Made by a program: the position numbers and the translations under genes. Shown in pieces: positions 1-13,009 of a stretch of DNA of 64,000 bases; positions within the stretch are counted from its first letter, which is position 1; each line of letters begins with the position of its first letter. Where the stretch lies: NCBI RefSeq assembly GCF_009914755.1, contig NC_060930.1. The stretch is one strand, 5' to 3'. Origin of the DNA: the human T2T-CHM13v2.0 reference genome, Homo sapiens. Below the pieces are notes generated by a model that saw only the letters and a list, made by a program, of their open reading frames with translations, ran no database searches and was not told the origin of the DNA.

Positions 1-1097
1 TAAGATGAGTCTTTCTACCTATAATCTGAACCATTCTGTTAATTTTATACTTGAATTACCTAATGGAAATCTTCTTGCCCTCATTTTTGAGTTCTTTTTT
101 TTATCATCCACACTAGAACACATTCGAGACTGAGTGGTGCACTATTAATAGTGTCATATTAATAATATGACAAAACAATAGTCATAAACCTATTTATGGT
201 TTATGGACTGCTTGACAAATTGAGATGCCACATTACTTATTTCCAGCTCTTGGAGGACATTCACAGTGGCATGCTTTGAACCCCTCTCCAAACACTCCCC
301 AACACAGTAGCTGAAAGGCCATGCTATATATTCATTTTCTGACTATATATTCAAATGTTGGTGGTGAAACAATTATGAAAACAGAACCTTATTTAAACAT
401 TTTAGAAGGAAGGGAACATAAGAATGGACAAATAGCTAAATAAAGCTAAATTCCTAATCATGGTATTAAGTACCTAAGTCCTATATGATAATAGTGAGAG
501 TTCTGATCTGTTTCTATTTGTAATTATCCAAGTTCAATATTGATTTCTGGTTCATTTGCCCTGTCTTTCTTGCTCCCATCAATTCAAAATATGTGCTCTT
601 ATAAGAGATTTTTGTTTATCTTTCTTTTTCATGAAGTTCCAATTATTGAGTTTCTAAATACACTCTGATTTCACATTAACATTTTATTTTTCTATAATAT
701 GAAAATAAAAAAGAAACAGAACCAGCTCCTCTTCACACATGTAGAGATACATCCACAGATAAAAAGATGCATTCTATTTCATGGATTTTCCAACCTCTTT
801 CACCTGTATAAACTATATATTTCTCATTGCTTGATATTAAAATTAAGAAAAATTATCTTCTACAAATAATTAAGTTTGAGTCAAAATACCAAGTCAAAGT
901 GAACAGAAGTTATGTGAGGTATTTCCAACTTATTAAATTTTAACAATAAAAATTAAAATTAGGTCATGGGAAAAGAAATTTATCTAAATTCATATGGTGC
1001 TTTTTTGAAAAAGCATGGATATGTCTATATTCTCAGTTTACTAACATTCAATATAACAGTGATTCTTGACGTGACTTCCTCGATTTTCCATTAGGAA

Positions 1098-1450
1098 TAT
1101 AAAAGGGAACTAAAAGGAAGTAAGGAAATGGAAAAAGAAGGAAGGAAGGAAGGAAGGAAGGAAGGAAAGAAGGAAAGAAAGACAGACAAACAGGAAGAGA
1201 AAGAAAGAAGGAAGGAAAGAAAAAGAAAAAGAAAAAGGGAGGGAGGGAAAGAAAGAAAAAGAAAGAGAGAAAAGAGAAAAAGAAAGGAGGGAGGGAGGGA
1301 AGGAAGGAAGGAAAAAGCAGAAAGAAGAGAAGAGAAAAGGGGAGAAGAAAAGGAGGAGAGGAGAGAACAAGAAAGAAAGGAAGAATGAGGAGGAGATGAG
1401 AGAGAAAGATTTAAAGTCAGAGTGACAACAAAGAAAGATTCAGAAGAGAT
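1098..1450. repeat. GA-rich polypurine low-complexity tract with (AAGG)n/(AAAG)n units
   Basis: Near-pure purine run (gaaggaaggaagg..., gaaagaaaaa...). It explains the spurious ORFs 1091..1468, 1110..1370 and 1128..1388. Confidence 0.95.
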
Positions 1451-1639
1451 GGCAATTTTTTGATTCATAATTATAGTTATGCCTTTTTTAGGAGATTGTA
1501 GCTGGCTACCATGATGAAGAATGGGACTTTCTCCTCCTTTTTTTTTTTTCTCAGATTGCGGTATTAAGCGTGGATTCTCTAAATGGTTCTGTTGCTGTAT
1601 TTAGCGGCTGCTGCCACCCAGGCCTTGTCTGGCCACCCA

Positions 1640-2185
1640 TGAAAGTCAATTTGCCACAACCTCTAAGCCTAGGGGCTTTTTTACAGGCCCATTATGACAA
1701 CTGTAGTGGAAACCCAAGGAGTTCCAGTACACAGGCCTGCCATGACTAGGTTCACGGATGCTTTGACTTCTTCCGCTACTTCTGGACTTACATGAATTGC
1801 CTCCCCTCTGGGCATGGGATCTGCAGTCTCCAGCAGCTGACCAAATTATCTAACACATCCCGGAAGCATAAGAGATTTAGTGCTTCCTGGGGAAAGCTTT
1901 GTGCTATGTGAAGCAGAAGATGGGAAAGAATGTGTAAGTGCCTTTTGCCTCTCTCAACCTCCAGGGTGTTCTGATGTGCAGAGTTTCTACACATCTCATG
2001 TGACTGAGCAAACAGTAGTTTTCTTGTGAAGTGGAACCAACTCAGTAACTAACCAGTCTATTGCATTTTCTTCCAATACCTTTCCTCTCATTATTGTCTT
2101 TCTTACCTATAATTCCACCTCTCAATAAAACCGTGGCATATAAGCTTTGCCTTAAGCTGTTTTCCAAGGAAACTATCCTAAAACA
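1640..2185 (+). mobile_element. Possible degraded ERVL-class solo LTR
   Basis: 3' end 'aataaaaccgtggcatataagctttgccttaagctgttttccaaggaaactatcctaaaaca' resembles ERVL LTR ends (polyA signal followed by ...CA). The 5' boundary is uncertain. Confidence 0.3.
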
Positions 2186-2289
2186 GAGCATCTGTTATTC
2201 CATATTGCTAGAAGGAAAAGTTCACTTTTATATAGACTTTTATAGATTTCATAAATTTCTTTTATTCAATCAATCATATCAACTTATCA

Positions 2290-3205
2290 TTTTTATCCTA
2301 AATGTATCTGAAATCCATCTCTGTTTCTGCACCCCTACTTACACTGCCTCAATGTGGACCATCATCATCTCTGTCCTGGAATATAGTACCAGGCTTCTAT
2401 TTACTGTATAACCTCTTCGTGTATTAATTCTTTTTGAGTTATTCTATTTTCAGTGTTCCATCTGCAACATGAAAAGAACCTTAATGTTGTTGGACAATAA
2501 TACTTTTCTCTCATTCTCCTAGATGCTTAGTTCCTACATTATCAGATCTTCTCACATAATCTTCTCCATGTGGACCATCATCATCTCTGTCCTGGAGTAT
2601 AGTATCAAGCTTCTATTTAGTCTATAAACCTCTAGTCTAGTTCTCTGATTCATCCCCCATGCAACTGTCCAAGTGATTTTTCTAAAGCCTAAATTTGAAC
2701 ATGCTTTTATTTTGCTTTAAATCCTTTCAATAGCTCTCTGTTGATGATTAAGTAAAGTTTAGTGTTATGATAAGCACATTGGGCTCTGTGATCTATTTCT
2801 GATTCTCTGTGTCTTTGTATCTTTACTCATCCCTGCCCCGTCTGCCTAGGAAACTTTACCTGCCTTCTCTTACTCTAGTTAAATCTTACTCCTCCTTTAA
2901 GGCAGTAGTTCTTGACTTGTTGGGAGTCATGGGCCTTTTGCTTTTCAAATGAAACATATGAAGTCACTCTTTCAAGAGAAACGTACGCATATAAATATTG
3001 CACAACATTCTAAAGTAGAGTAGACTTTCACCCTGTCCCCAAATCTACTCATGTATATAGAAGTTCATCTTCTCTATATAATTACCCCTACATTGGGGTT
3101 CCACTCTCTTTACGCTGAGATCACTTTGAGAACTGATGTTGTGCTTACTTCATTTCTGATTCAGTAGTGCCTGTCACGTAAGTGGCATATATTTATTTGT
3201 TGAAA
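2290..3205 (+). mobile_element. Fragmented LINE-2 3' region
   Basis: L2-like motifs 'aaatccatctctgtttctgc', 'gtgatttttctaaa' and terminal 'agtgcctgtcacgtaagtggcatatatttatttgttgaa'. Confidence 0.5.
2352..2633 (+). repeat. ~65-bp direct duplication (2352-2416 / 2568-2633) enclosing a ~155-bp copy of 5411-5564
   Basis: 'atgtggaccatcatcatctctgtcctgga...ataacctct' occurs twice; 2408-2561 aligns by eye to 5411-5564. Confidence 0.9.
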
Positions 3206-3539
3206 AAACAACCAACTGAATTAAGCTCAGTGGACAGGCTCAACAGTAGAATGTAAGACATAGAGGAAATAAATTGTTTAACAGGGTGTTAGAACAATTT
3301 AATTTACAAAATGTTTAAACAATAGAGAGAAATATTTAGTCCTAATATGAATATTTTAAGTGGCAGAAACCCAACAATAACAAATTTATTTTTCAAAATC
3401 GTTTGTATCATTGTGTTCAAAAGATTCAAGTAAACATATTGATAATACTCAGCTAGTTATTTTGAAATTAAAATTACTACCTTAGTTTATTACACTTCTC
3501 TATACAAAGAAAAAAATGAGACTGAAGAAAAAAATAATA

Positions 3540-3700
3540 CAGAGGGCAGGAGGAAATCCTTGGAGGTGATGAATATGCTTAGAGCATAGATAATGGTGAT
3601 GGCTTCATGGCTGTATACATCTCTCCAAATCATCAAAATGTATACATTAAATAGGAACAATTTTTTGTATGCCGATTGTACCTGAGTACGTTTTTTAAAA
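3540..3700 (+). mobile_element. Old L1M (L1MB-like) 3' end fragment
   Basis: 'ggaggtgatgaatatg...ggtgatggcttcatggctgtatacat...aaaatgtatacattaaata' is typical of L1M 3' UTRs. Confidence 0.7.
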
Positions 3701-4104
3701 ATAATGGCACCCTGATTTGGGGAAAGATTCAATGTTTAGGATTAATACCGAAGTAATTATTTTTCTGCCTTTAAATATAAACCAGAAACATTTAAATTAG
3801 GCTTCTCAGCTAAATCCTTAAAATAATACAATAGATTCAATGATCACCTGGGTTAACTTTTTCCTCTCAACATCATAAAGTAAGTATATCTAAAATAACA
3901 TGTCACCTTTCTGCAAACTTGTATATAAACTCTGGTGCTATCATCTTATATTTACAGACATAAAATAAATGCTGAAATTCTTTGGACTGTGACTGTATCA
4001 TTTTTTATTATCTATTAAATCACTCTCAATACACCATAATCACAACTTTGCAATTCTGCTTTCATTAAAAATCTCTAAAACATTTTTTCTGTCAATTTTT
4101 AAAT

Positions 4105-4325
4105 AATAGGACAGCATGGCCTTAAGGATAAAATTGGAAAGCGATTATTAAATTGGACATGCCTGTCTGTAATGTGAAACGCTGTACTTCTCGGCTCTTC
4201 ATTCAGAGAAGATCAAGCTCAACAATACATAGTACAAATACACTACCTATGAAATGATTATAATAAAATGATAATGTGTAAAAGCACCTTATGAGTAAAA
4301 ACTCATAAAAATCTTGTTATTGTTG
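4105..4325 (+). mobile_element. MIR SINE, degraded
   Basis: MIR core/3'-like 'ctacctatgaaatgattataataaaatgataatgtgtaaaagcacctt'. Confidence 0.5.
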
Positions 4326-4329
4326 TTTT

Positions 4330-4446
4330 AGACTTGCTGGTTCTATGATCATGTGAACCAACTCTAAAATCTCAATCTCTTTCTCGCTTTCTCTCTCATC
4401 CGTATATCCTATTGATTGTTTCTCTGGAGATTCCTGATTAATACAC
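4330..4446 (+). mobile_element. MLT2 (ERVL) LTR 3' fragment
   Basis: 'atcatgtgaaccaa...tatatcctattgattgtttctctggagattcctgattaataca'. Confidence 0.65.
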
Positions 4447-5049
4447 TGGCTGTTACTCATTCTTGTACTACTCAGATTATGATATCTTTGATTCCTAAAA
4501 TGTCCTGATTTACAGTTTCTAAATTTCCCTCTCTTCCAGTGATTTTGTTTCACCTTTTTAGCCACTTAAAACAGGAAAATATCCTAGAGCTAGTTGTTAC
4601 TAAAATGGCAACATCTCCATAATCTCAATTTTAAATATCCCACCCCCCAAGCACTTTCTGATTTCTTTGCAGCTTATTCCCTTTAGTACTTCTGTTCTAA
4701 CAATCCTTCAACCTCAATAAGACCTATAAACTTTGGTTTACTCTCTTTCGTTTGTGAGTGTCCTCTGTTCTCTCCTTAAGAGTTAACAAAAGGTTAACAA
4801 TGATAATAACAATAATACTTTCTTGTGATTACTCTTGAGTTTTAAACACTATTTTGCATAAACAAGTCTTTTGGTCTTCTCAAACTGCCATAATTTGCAG
4901 CCTCACTGAAATCCAGCTTTTTTGCTACTTTTTGTCTGAATATAAACATGGCTGAAGAAAATAAGTGTATTGATTTTTCTAACTTTAAAATTATGATTAA
5001 TTGCCTCAAGAGGAGGTCCACTCTTTTTAACTTTCTAAATGCTTCCTTA

Positions 5050-5495
5050 GAAGATCAAGGCATATGGATTCTATCAACAGGATCCCTTACATCTTCAAAC
5101 TTCACTTTCGATTTGACAAATGGTAAACCCTAGGACGCAACCAGAGGGAAATGGGGAGAGTGAAGACAGATAATCTATTCTCTTGGTTCCCTCCCTCAAA
5201 TTTATCTTGAGCTGTCTGTCTTTTGCGGAAATGTCATTGATAGCTGCCATTCTACCAGTTCTAGTAAGTGTTCTCAGTTACTAGTAGCTTCTCCCAGTTT
5301 TAGCAATTCTTTTTCTCATGTCTTTCAGACTAGCAGTGAATTCCTGGAACATTCTACCCCTGACATACTGCATTAACCATTATAGTTTCTCTGCACCTGC
5401 ACCTTTGTAAATAACCTCTTTGTGTATTAATTCTTTTTGAGTTATTCTATTTTGAGTGTTCCATCTGCAACATAAAAGGAACCTTAATGTTATTT
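5050..5495 (+). mobile_element. LTR33-like ERVL LTR inserted in an L2 fragment
   Basis: 3' end 'cacctttgtaaataacctc...tttgagtgttccatctg' resembles LTR33; the flanks (4450-5050, 5495-5700) look like L2. Confidence 0.5.
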
Positions 5496-7122
5496 GACAA
5501 TAATACTTTTCTCCCATTCTCCTAGATGATCAGTTCTTACATTTTCTAATCTTCTAAAGTAATCAGCAACTCCCTTCTACATCCTCACTCTCAGTTTATG
5601 ATCTCTGAAAAATCAAAAAGAAAATCTCAATAGAAAGTTCATAATCTCCCACCTCCACCAATATCTCTACTTGATATATTTAAATCCATACAATTTACTC
5701 TTTAGCATTAATTCTTCCATCATGGCTAATTGGAAGTCATAAATGTGGTGCCACTGAGGTTGTAACAAGGTGAGCACAATCAGCTCTTAGGATGAGCCAT
5801 GCTAACTGGCTCCATCAGACACTGTGTAGGTAGGAATTTTGTAAGATTATTCACTGCTCTTTACCCAGTTTCTAAAATAATGCCCAGCAAATAATAGGTG
5901 ATTAATTAATATTTTCTGAACAGGATGAAAATAGTAGTTACTATAATGAATTAAGTAGTTAGTCAATACATTATTTCTAAATATCATTAAGTAAACATGA
6001 TTATGTGCAGGCACTTGGGTGTATAATTTTATTTAAACATATCTGATTAGCTATTACTTTAAATTATGTTTTAAAATTCTCAACTTTAATTGAAATGTTT
6101 CATTTTCTAAGAAATATTTTATTATATTGTTAATATTGATATTATTGATATTAATAATAATTAATATTATTAACATCATATTAATAATAAGATGTTATAT
6201 CATATTTTACTTATATTGTTAACTTGAGTCTATCTAAGAAAACATAATTTTTTCTCTACTTTACTATATTAACTTTTCCACCTAGGGAGTAAATAGTTAC
6301 ATTAAGAGAAACAGCAAATGCTAAAAATTATTTTGTATTGCGAATATAAATCACAATTAGTTAAAATAAAGACTGTGTTCTACAAAATACAATTAATACT
6401 ATATTTATATTCCAAGTTTTCAGCAGAAGCTGGGGCAGAGTAGAATAACTCAAAGTGGAGTATTTAAATAGTGAGACATGAAAACACCCAACAGACCTGA
6501 GAATATTTTTATATAAACATTTACTTACTTATTTAATATATTTCCTGCTCTTTAAGCACCTTGCTGATAATTTTCTTTCAAAGCCAAATAGTGTGATAAG
6601 TACAGGCAGAAGAAATCCATGAAGATAGAAAATCCCCAGACTCTAGATTAAGGTATATTCCTCAAATTTTATGAATTCTATAGACTACGAGCTCCCTTTT
6701 TAAAGCATACTTTACAGTCCTTCTGGTAGTAAAGATAGCCTTCAACCTGAAAAATCAGTGTATATTAAGAGCTGAGAGTGAATTTCCTTCACTTACTTAA
6801 TGTAATTCCTTATACTTATTTTCTGAATATTTGTATGTGTAGAAGAGAATAATACATATTTAGTAAAAAAAAAAGCATGGGCAAAAATAGATCAATTATA
6901 AATGTATCAAATTGTTCTCAGGATATTAACAATATTTTGACAGTTGAAATTTCAGAAAGAAAAAATATAAGACAGATTTCTGCATGGTGCAATATATAGT
7001 TCATTAGGGTCTATTATGTGAAAAAATAGACCTCTTTTTCAAAGAGTAGATAAAACTTTACTAATTTCCAGACAGAAATTTCTATCGTATTTTCTCATTT
7101 TAAAAGTTAAATTGATGCTTCT

Positions 7123-7910
7123 TGTGGTAGGCTAAATAATGGCCCTCACAGACATCCATGTTCTAATCTCTGGAAGGTGTCAATATGTTATTTTATATGG
7201 TAAAGGGAATTTGCAGTTGTGATTGGGTTAAAGATATTTAGATGGTGATATTATATTGGAATATTCAGGCAAGTACAGTGTAATCACCAGTCCTTATAAA
7301 AGGGAAGCAGGAGGCGGGAGCTTGGTGGCTCATGCCTGTAATCCCAGCACTTTGGGAGGCCGAGGCAGGCGGATCACCTGAGGTCAGGAGTTCAAGACCA
7401 GCCTGGCCAACATGACGAAACCCTGTCTCTAGTAAAAATACAAAAATTGGCTGGGTGTGGTGGCACATTCCTGTAATCCAGGCTATTAGGGAGGCTGAGA
7501 ATTGCTTGAACCCGGGAGGTGGAGGTTGCAGTGGACGTTGCAGTGGAGGTTGAACCTGCCACTGCACTCCAGCTTGGGTGACAGAGCGAGACTCTGTCTC
7601 AAAAATAAATAAATAAATAAATAAGAAACAAGAGAGAAAAGTTGGTGATGTGACCAAGGAAACAGAAATTGGAGTGATGGAGCTACAAGCTAAGGAAAGC
7701 CAGCAGCCTCTGGAAGCTAGAATAGGAAAGGAACAGATTGTTCCCTGAAGCCTTCAGAAGAAACCAGCCCTGGCAACCTCTTGATATTAGTTAGCCTTGC
7801 AAGACTCATTTCAAACTTTTAATCTCCAGAACTAAAAGAAAATAAATGAGTGTCATCTTAATCCACTATATTTGTAATAATTTGTCACAACACCAATAAA
7901 AAATTAATAT
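7123..7910 (+). mobile_element. MLT1D-like MaLR solo LTR, interrupted by an Alu
   Basis: Starts 'tgtggtaggctaaataatggccc...'; resumes after the Alu with 'ggagtgatgg...gcagcctctggaagctag...aatttgtcacaacaccaataaaaaattaatata'. Confidence 0.8.
7313..7624 (+). mobile_element. AluS (Sx/Sz-like), full length
   Basis: 'ggtggctcatgcctgtaatcccagcactttgggagg...ggatcacctgaggtcaggagttcaagaccagcctggccaacatg', followed by a (TAAA)n tail. Confidence 0.95.
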
Positions 7911-10257
7911 ACTTTCTTTAAAATAAGTGATAAATATCTTTAAGTATATGCATTTAAAAATAATTTGAGGTGTTAGAAACCTAAAACTATCTGTGAATGC
8001 AAATTGTATATATAGATAGATGTACACACATATATAATGCAGATTATATACATACATATAATTACATATATGATGAAAACATAAAGAGATAATTTGTAAT
8101 CTCCTCTGGCACATTATGGATAGGAGAAGTTTAGAGCACTTATGATAAGTTTACTTTCTTTAGTGATAAATGTTTTCCACAAACTGTATAAATTATTTAA
8201 TTTTTTTTAGCTGGAGTGCCTTATTTTTATTTCAAACCCACTGTATACAGTATGTTTTTTAAATTACAGGTATAATAATAATACTTATTGAAATCATCGA
8301 CTATTTTGCTTTATAACCTCATAGATTGGAATTATCTAGATGCTAAATCTTAGTACATTATAACCATAGACTCTGTTCAAAAATATTTCTATTTTGTTTC
8401 AATCCTTTTTAGCTGTTGGAATGCCTGGACTGGGGAAGAAGAGAGATATAGAAAAAGACTTGCATAGAAACAATTATATAAAAGATAGTAAATTTCTTAA
8501 ACATATAATAATTATTATTATACATTATATTAGCAAGCATATTAAAACTTGAAAGAAAATCATTTATGCTGAATAAAAATCAATATTTAGTGGTAGAGAT
8601 AAGATATGAGAAAACTTGATTATATTGATTGTAACATCAATAAAGTTAAATACCAATCCTTTCTGCTAAGTTTTATTATGTAATTTTATCTTTTGAATAC
8701 TACCTTCCAGTAAATATGGATTTTTAAAAGAACAAATCATGAGTCATTGTCTATTGATAATTGCCAAACTGAACAGTTATTAATTTAACAATACAAAATA
8801 AATGTAATTTTATAATTTTAAATATGTTAACATGGATCCCACTGAGAAAGCAAATATTTTTTCTTTGTACATTGTCTTTTTGGAGAAGCATAGAAAAGAA
8901 GCGTTTAAGTGTTCTTTTGAGAATCTTTTCTAAATTTACACAGTAATTGAATTAATAGCAAACATTTTAAGGTGGGCAAAGGCATGAATCTATTTAGCAC
9001 AGAAGAAAGAATAAATGATGAATACACATAAAAATAGGTAACAATATTACTAATAAACAAATGCAGCATTAATAGTATTTTCAGATCCCTTATGTTGTGT
9101 ATTAAACTGGAAGATTATTTACAACATAATAATCATCAATTTTGTTGTAATTCAAGACAATGACATACTTCTACTCCCACAATGTTGGAGGGAGTCTACG
9201 GTGGTATAGACATCCTGGACGGTGAGTTGGCAATAAGTGTGTCTCAAATTCCTGGCAGGTATTAACTATAATATTTAATTTTAAAAACGTGACAGTGGAA
9301 TAATAATACCAATTTAATGAAGCGGGACTAATCTAGGAAGGAAACCTGAAAATATGATTCCAAATTCTTCTGATTTTGTCTAATATGACGATATTAAATT
9401 GCTAGAAAGATTGTGTAAACTGCAGTTAAGGTTTTCCTAAACTGCTAAATGAGATTATTTGAGTATGAAACCTGAGGGAGATAGTGAAAAGCAGATTCTT
9501 TCCATGTTTTAACAGAAGAATCAATACAAAAAGGAGTTAAGAACTTGATGTAATATTTATAGAGAAACAAAAGTAATGGAGAGTGTGATGCTTTTAATAA
9601 AAATCTAATTGATATTACTATAGGATATGTTAAAATGGTTTGTTTTCCACTATCACAAAAGATAAGCTGTGTCTTTCAAATAGCTGGATTTTACATACCT
9701 CCCACCATACTGTGTAAACAAAGGCCCTTTGAAGTGCTCACTGTTATCCATGCAGGAGTAAGTCATTAGTATTTGTGAGAGAAAAAGATGAAAAAATTGC
9801 GAGGGAGAAAGCATTAGAAAGTACATTTTTTATTTATTAAAGTATTGAACCATAAAACTTAAATTTTATGAAATATTTTGAATTCCTAAGATACATAGTA
9901 TTACAAAAACACCACTTCAGTAGCTTTACTTTTACTGGAAAGCTACAATCTTTTTTTTTGTAGCTTAAGAGTTTTGCACTTTCTTTCATTTTCTATAGGA
10001 TCTGCCTATGTGAGGAAGATTTATCAGGATTCTGGCATTGCAAATAAATGAAAGGTTGATAAAAACACAACAACCTCCGAAAACTTTCTAAAAAACTATG
10101 TCAGTGTTGTGGACACGGTGCATTCATTTAACATGAGCACTGCTTGAAACAAAACAAATAGCAAAACCTTTCTCTCAAGAAAACTAAAAAGTCGGGTTAT
10201 TTCTTTGTATACATAATCCACCACTTTATCCTTCAAGATAATTTGCATTATTCTTTT

Positions 10258-11236
10258 TTCTTATTTAGGTTTACATTGCTATATTAACAAATTATCACAA
10301 ATTTAATTACTTTGTGTTAGTCCACTGTGCATTGCTATGAAGGAATACCTGAGGGTGGGTAATATATAAAGAAATTTACTTGGCTCGAGGTTCCGCAGGC
10401 TGTATAAGCATGGCACGAACATGTGGTCTGCTTCTGGTGAGGCCTCAAGAAGCTTTTGATGACGCAGAAAGCAGAGTGAGCCAGCATATCACGTGATAGG
10501 GAGCAAGAGAGAAAGAGGAGGTAGTTGCCACAGTCTTTTAAACATCCAGATCTTGCATGAATTCATTGCCATTCGTTTTTGTGGGGAAGGCCCCAAGTCG
10601 TTCATGAGCGATCCACCCCCATGATCCAACACCCCTCACTAGGCGCCACCTCCAACATTGGGCATCACATTTCAACATGGGATTTGGAAGGGACAAATAT
10701 CCAACTCATATCAGACTTAAAGCACAAATTTATTTTCTCACAGTTTCCATGTGTCTTGAGTTTAGGCATGATTTAACTGGGTCCTCCATTCAAGGTATCA
10801 CAAGGAGGCAATCAAGTTGATCTGTCTCTACGGCTTCTTTCCTTTCTGAAGTTGAGATCCACTTTCAAGCTCACATTGTTGTTGGCAGATTTCATTTCCT
10901 TGTAGCTTCAGGAAAGGTAGATGCCCCTGTTGTTTGGTTGGCTGTCAGAGGGTTTGCTCTTAGCACTTATTTCCTAGCTCTCCTCCCAGGTTCTTGCTGC
11001 AGGGTTCCATTTTATCTTCTGACTACAAGAAAGGCTCCCTGATTAGATCAGACCCAACCAGATGATCTTCCTTTTGATGAACTCATAACTAACTGATTAG
11101 TAGCCTCATCATGAGAGTAATATCCCACGATATTCACAGGTTTTGATGACGCTCAATGTTGAGAATAGGGATTACACAAGGTGAGAATACCAGGGAGTAG
11201 GAAACATTGGGTCCTCTTAGAATTCTATCTATCACA
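10258..11236 (-). mobile_element. MLT1 (D/E-like) solo LTR, interrupted by an MST LTR
   Basis: 'taacaaattatcacaaattta...' and 'aaagcacaaatttattttctcacagtt...cttagaattctatctatcaca'. Confidence 0.7.
10313..10713 (-). mobile_element. MST (MSTB-like) MaLR solo LTR
   Basis: 'tgtgttagtcca...ctatgaaggaatacctgag...gggacaaatatccaactcatatca' with 5-bp TSD tactt/gactt. Confidence 0.85.
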
Positions 11237-11297
11237 GATGTGTAAGTGCTTGTTTGTTGCTTGGGTTTAATATATACAATCATTAAACTTTCCACTT

Positions 11298-11390
11298 AAG
11301 CATTGTATGCCTGTATCAAAATATCTCAGAAATATATACACCTACTACGTACCCACAAAAACAATAAAAAACACACTAAAAAACTAAAAA
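11298..11390 (+). mobile_element. Short L1MA 3' terminal fragment
   Basis: 'cattgtatgcctgtatcaaaatatctc...tacacctactacgtacccacaaaa' plus an A-rich tail. Confidence 0.7.
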
Positions 11391-11699
11391 AGTAAATGAT
11401 GATATTCATTCTGCTTTACAGAACCATTAATTTTGCCAATAAAATGCAAAACGACTTTCTAAGACTGCTGCTTTGAACTTTTGGAAACCATCTTAGAATT
11501 TCACATATTCATTTAAGTTCTTACTTGAAGATATTTAAGTTTCTTTTCTAACATTTTTTATCATAAAATAAACATTTCCATAAGATCTATTGGCATGAGT
11601 AAAAAACTTTTTGATTACTGTTTTGTTAATAATGACTTGATTAAATTTTATGAAGTTATGCAAGAGAAATGTGAACAAACATAATGCAATATTAATTCA

Positions 11700-12411
11700 T
11701 AACTTCATAAAATTTACTGTAATATATACTGTACTACTGCAATAATTTCATAGCCACCTCCTGTAGCTATTGTGGTGAGAACAAGTGTTGTGAGCTTAAA
11801 ACGCCATGTGATGATAGTCATCTCCCCATGAGAGGTTTTCTTTCTAGTAAGTTGCGTATTGTAGTAAAAGGTGATCTGTTTTGGTTCTCGCATACCTTTC
11901 ATCATGTTTAGTGCAAAACCATAAACCTGAATAACACCATGACACCCATATGAAGTGCCCCTAGTGATACTGGAAGTGATTCCAAGAAGCAGATAAAAGT
12001 TATGACATTACAAGAAAAAGTTGAATTGAGTGATATATATCATAGATGGCTGTCTGCAGCTGTGGTTGCCTGCCATTTCAGACAACTCATTTTGAAAACA
12101 GACAACACTATTGTAAGTTTATGTTGAAACTCTAGAAGTTTATGTACTGTATCGAAAATACGGCAAGATACTATAAATATATTTTCTCTTCCTTGTTATT
12201 TCTTAATAACATTTTCTTTTCTCTAACTTCCTTTATGAATATGGCATATATTTAACATGCAAAATATGTGTTAATCAACTATGTTATTGATAAGGCTTCC
12301 AGTTAACATCAGGCTATTAGTAGTTAAGTTTTTAGGCAATCAAAGGTTATAAATGAATTTTCTACTGAGCAGAGGGTTGTCACCCCTAACCCCCCATTGT
12401 TCAATGATCAA
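11700..12411 (+). mobile_element. Tigger2-family (TcMar) DNA transposon fragment
   Basis: 'gacattacaagaaaaagttgaattg', 'ggctattagtagttaagttttt' and terminal 'cacccctaaccccccattgttcaatgatcaa' resembling the Tigger2 end. Confidence 0.7.
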
Positions 12412-12495
12412 ATACACACACACACACACACACATATATACAGACAAATATATATGTGATATGACATGTAACATATGTCATATATAGTCTGTATA

Positions 12496-12531
<36 letters not shown>

Positions 12532-13009
12532 TTCTAAATTATTTAGGAGAAACTTGAAGATATTATGTCCCTTTATTTTTGAAATGCAATATATTGAAGG
12601 CTTATTTTTCTAAAAAAACATTCTTCCTCTAATTAGGCAAAAATTTCATTTTTGAACATTTATTCACTAGCTATAGTTTTGCTACTGTGGCCACAGATAG
12701 TAAATATAATGATTCCACATACAAACCTCTTAATTTTTGAAACCCTATTATGTTTTTAAATCTTTCCTTAGATTTTATTACTATTACTCAGATAACCTGA
12801 AGTGAGACTGCTGCTCCTTTTCCACATGAGTTGGATTATTGTTGTCCTTAAATTTGTTATCTTCCCTACACTTTCACCACCAGGTCCTGACCAACAGGTA
12901 CTTTTTCTGCATAGTGGAATTTCCACATTTATTCTTCTGGTTACTGTGTTGTACTCATGTACAACATGTACTCATGCCTGTTTAGGGCAGACAAATAGTC
13001 AATTTTAAG

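Noticed and set aside
1091-1468. Three overlapping ORFs (S/F/L-rich or K/E/R-rich)
   Set aside because: They are translations of GA-rich low-complexity sequence.
6110-6215. AT-rich palindromic-looking stretch
   Set aside because: Self-complementarity is expected from near-pure A/T composition.
7265-7657. 130-aa ORF, and similar ORFs at 27077-27404, 47787-48027 and 61111-61533
   Set aside because: Typical Alu-derived frames with no evidence of a host gene.
9975-10200. Strong splice acceptor (ttttctatag|g at 9998) as a gene exon
   Set aside because: No coding frame or convincing partner donor; such sites are common in AT-rich DNA.
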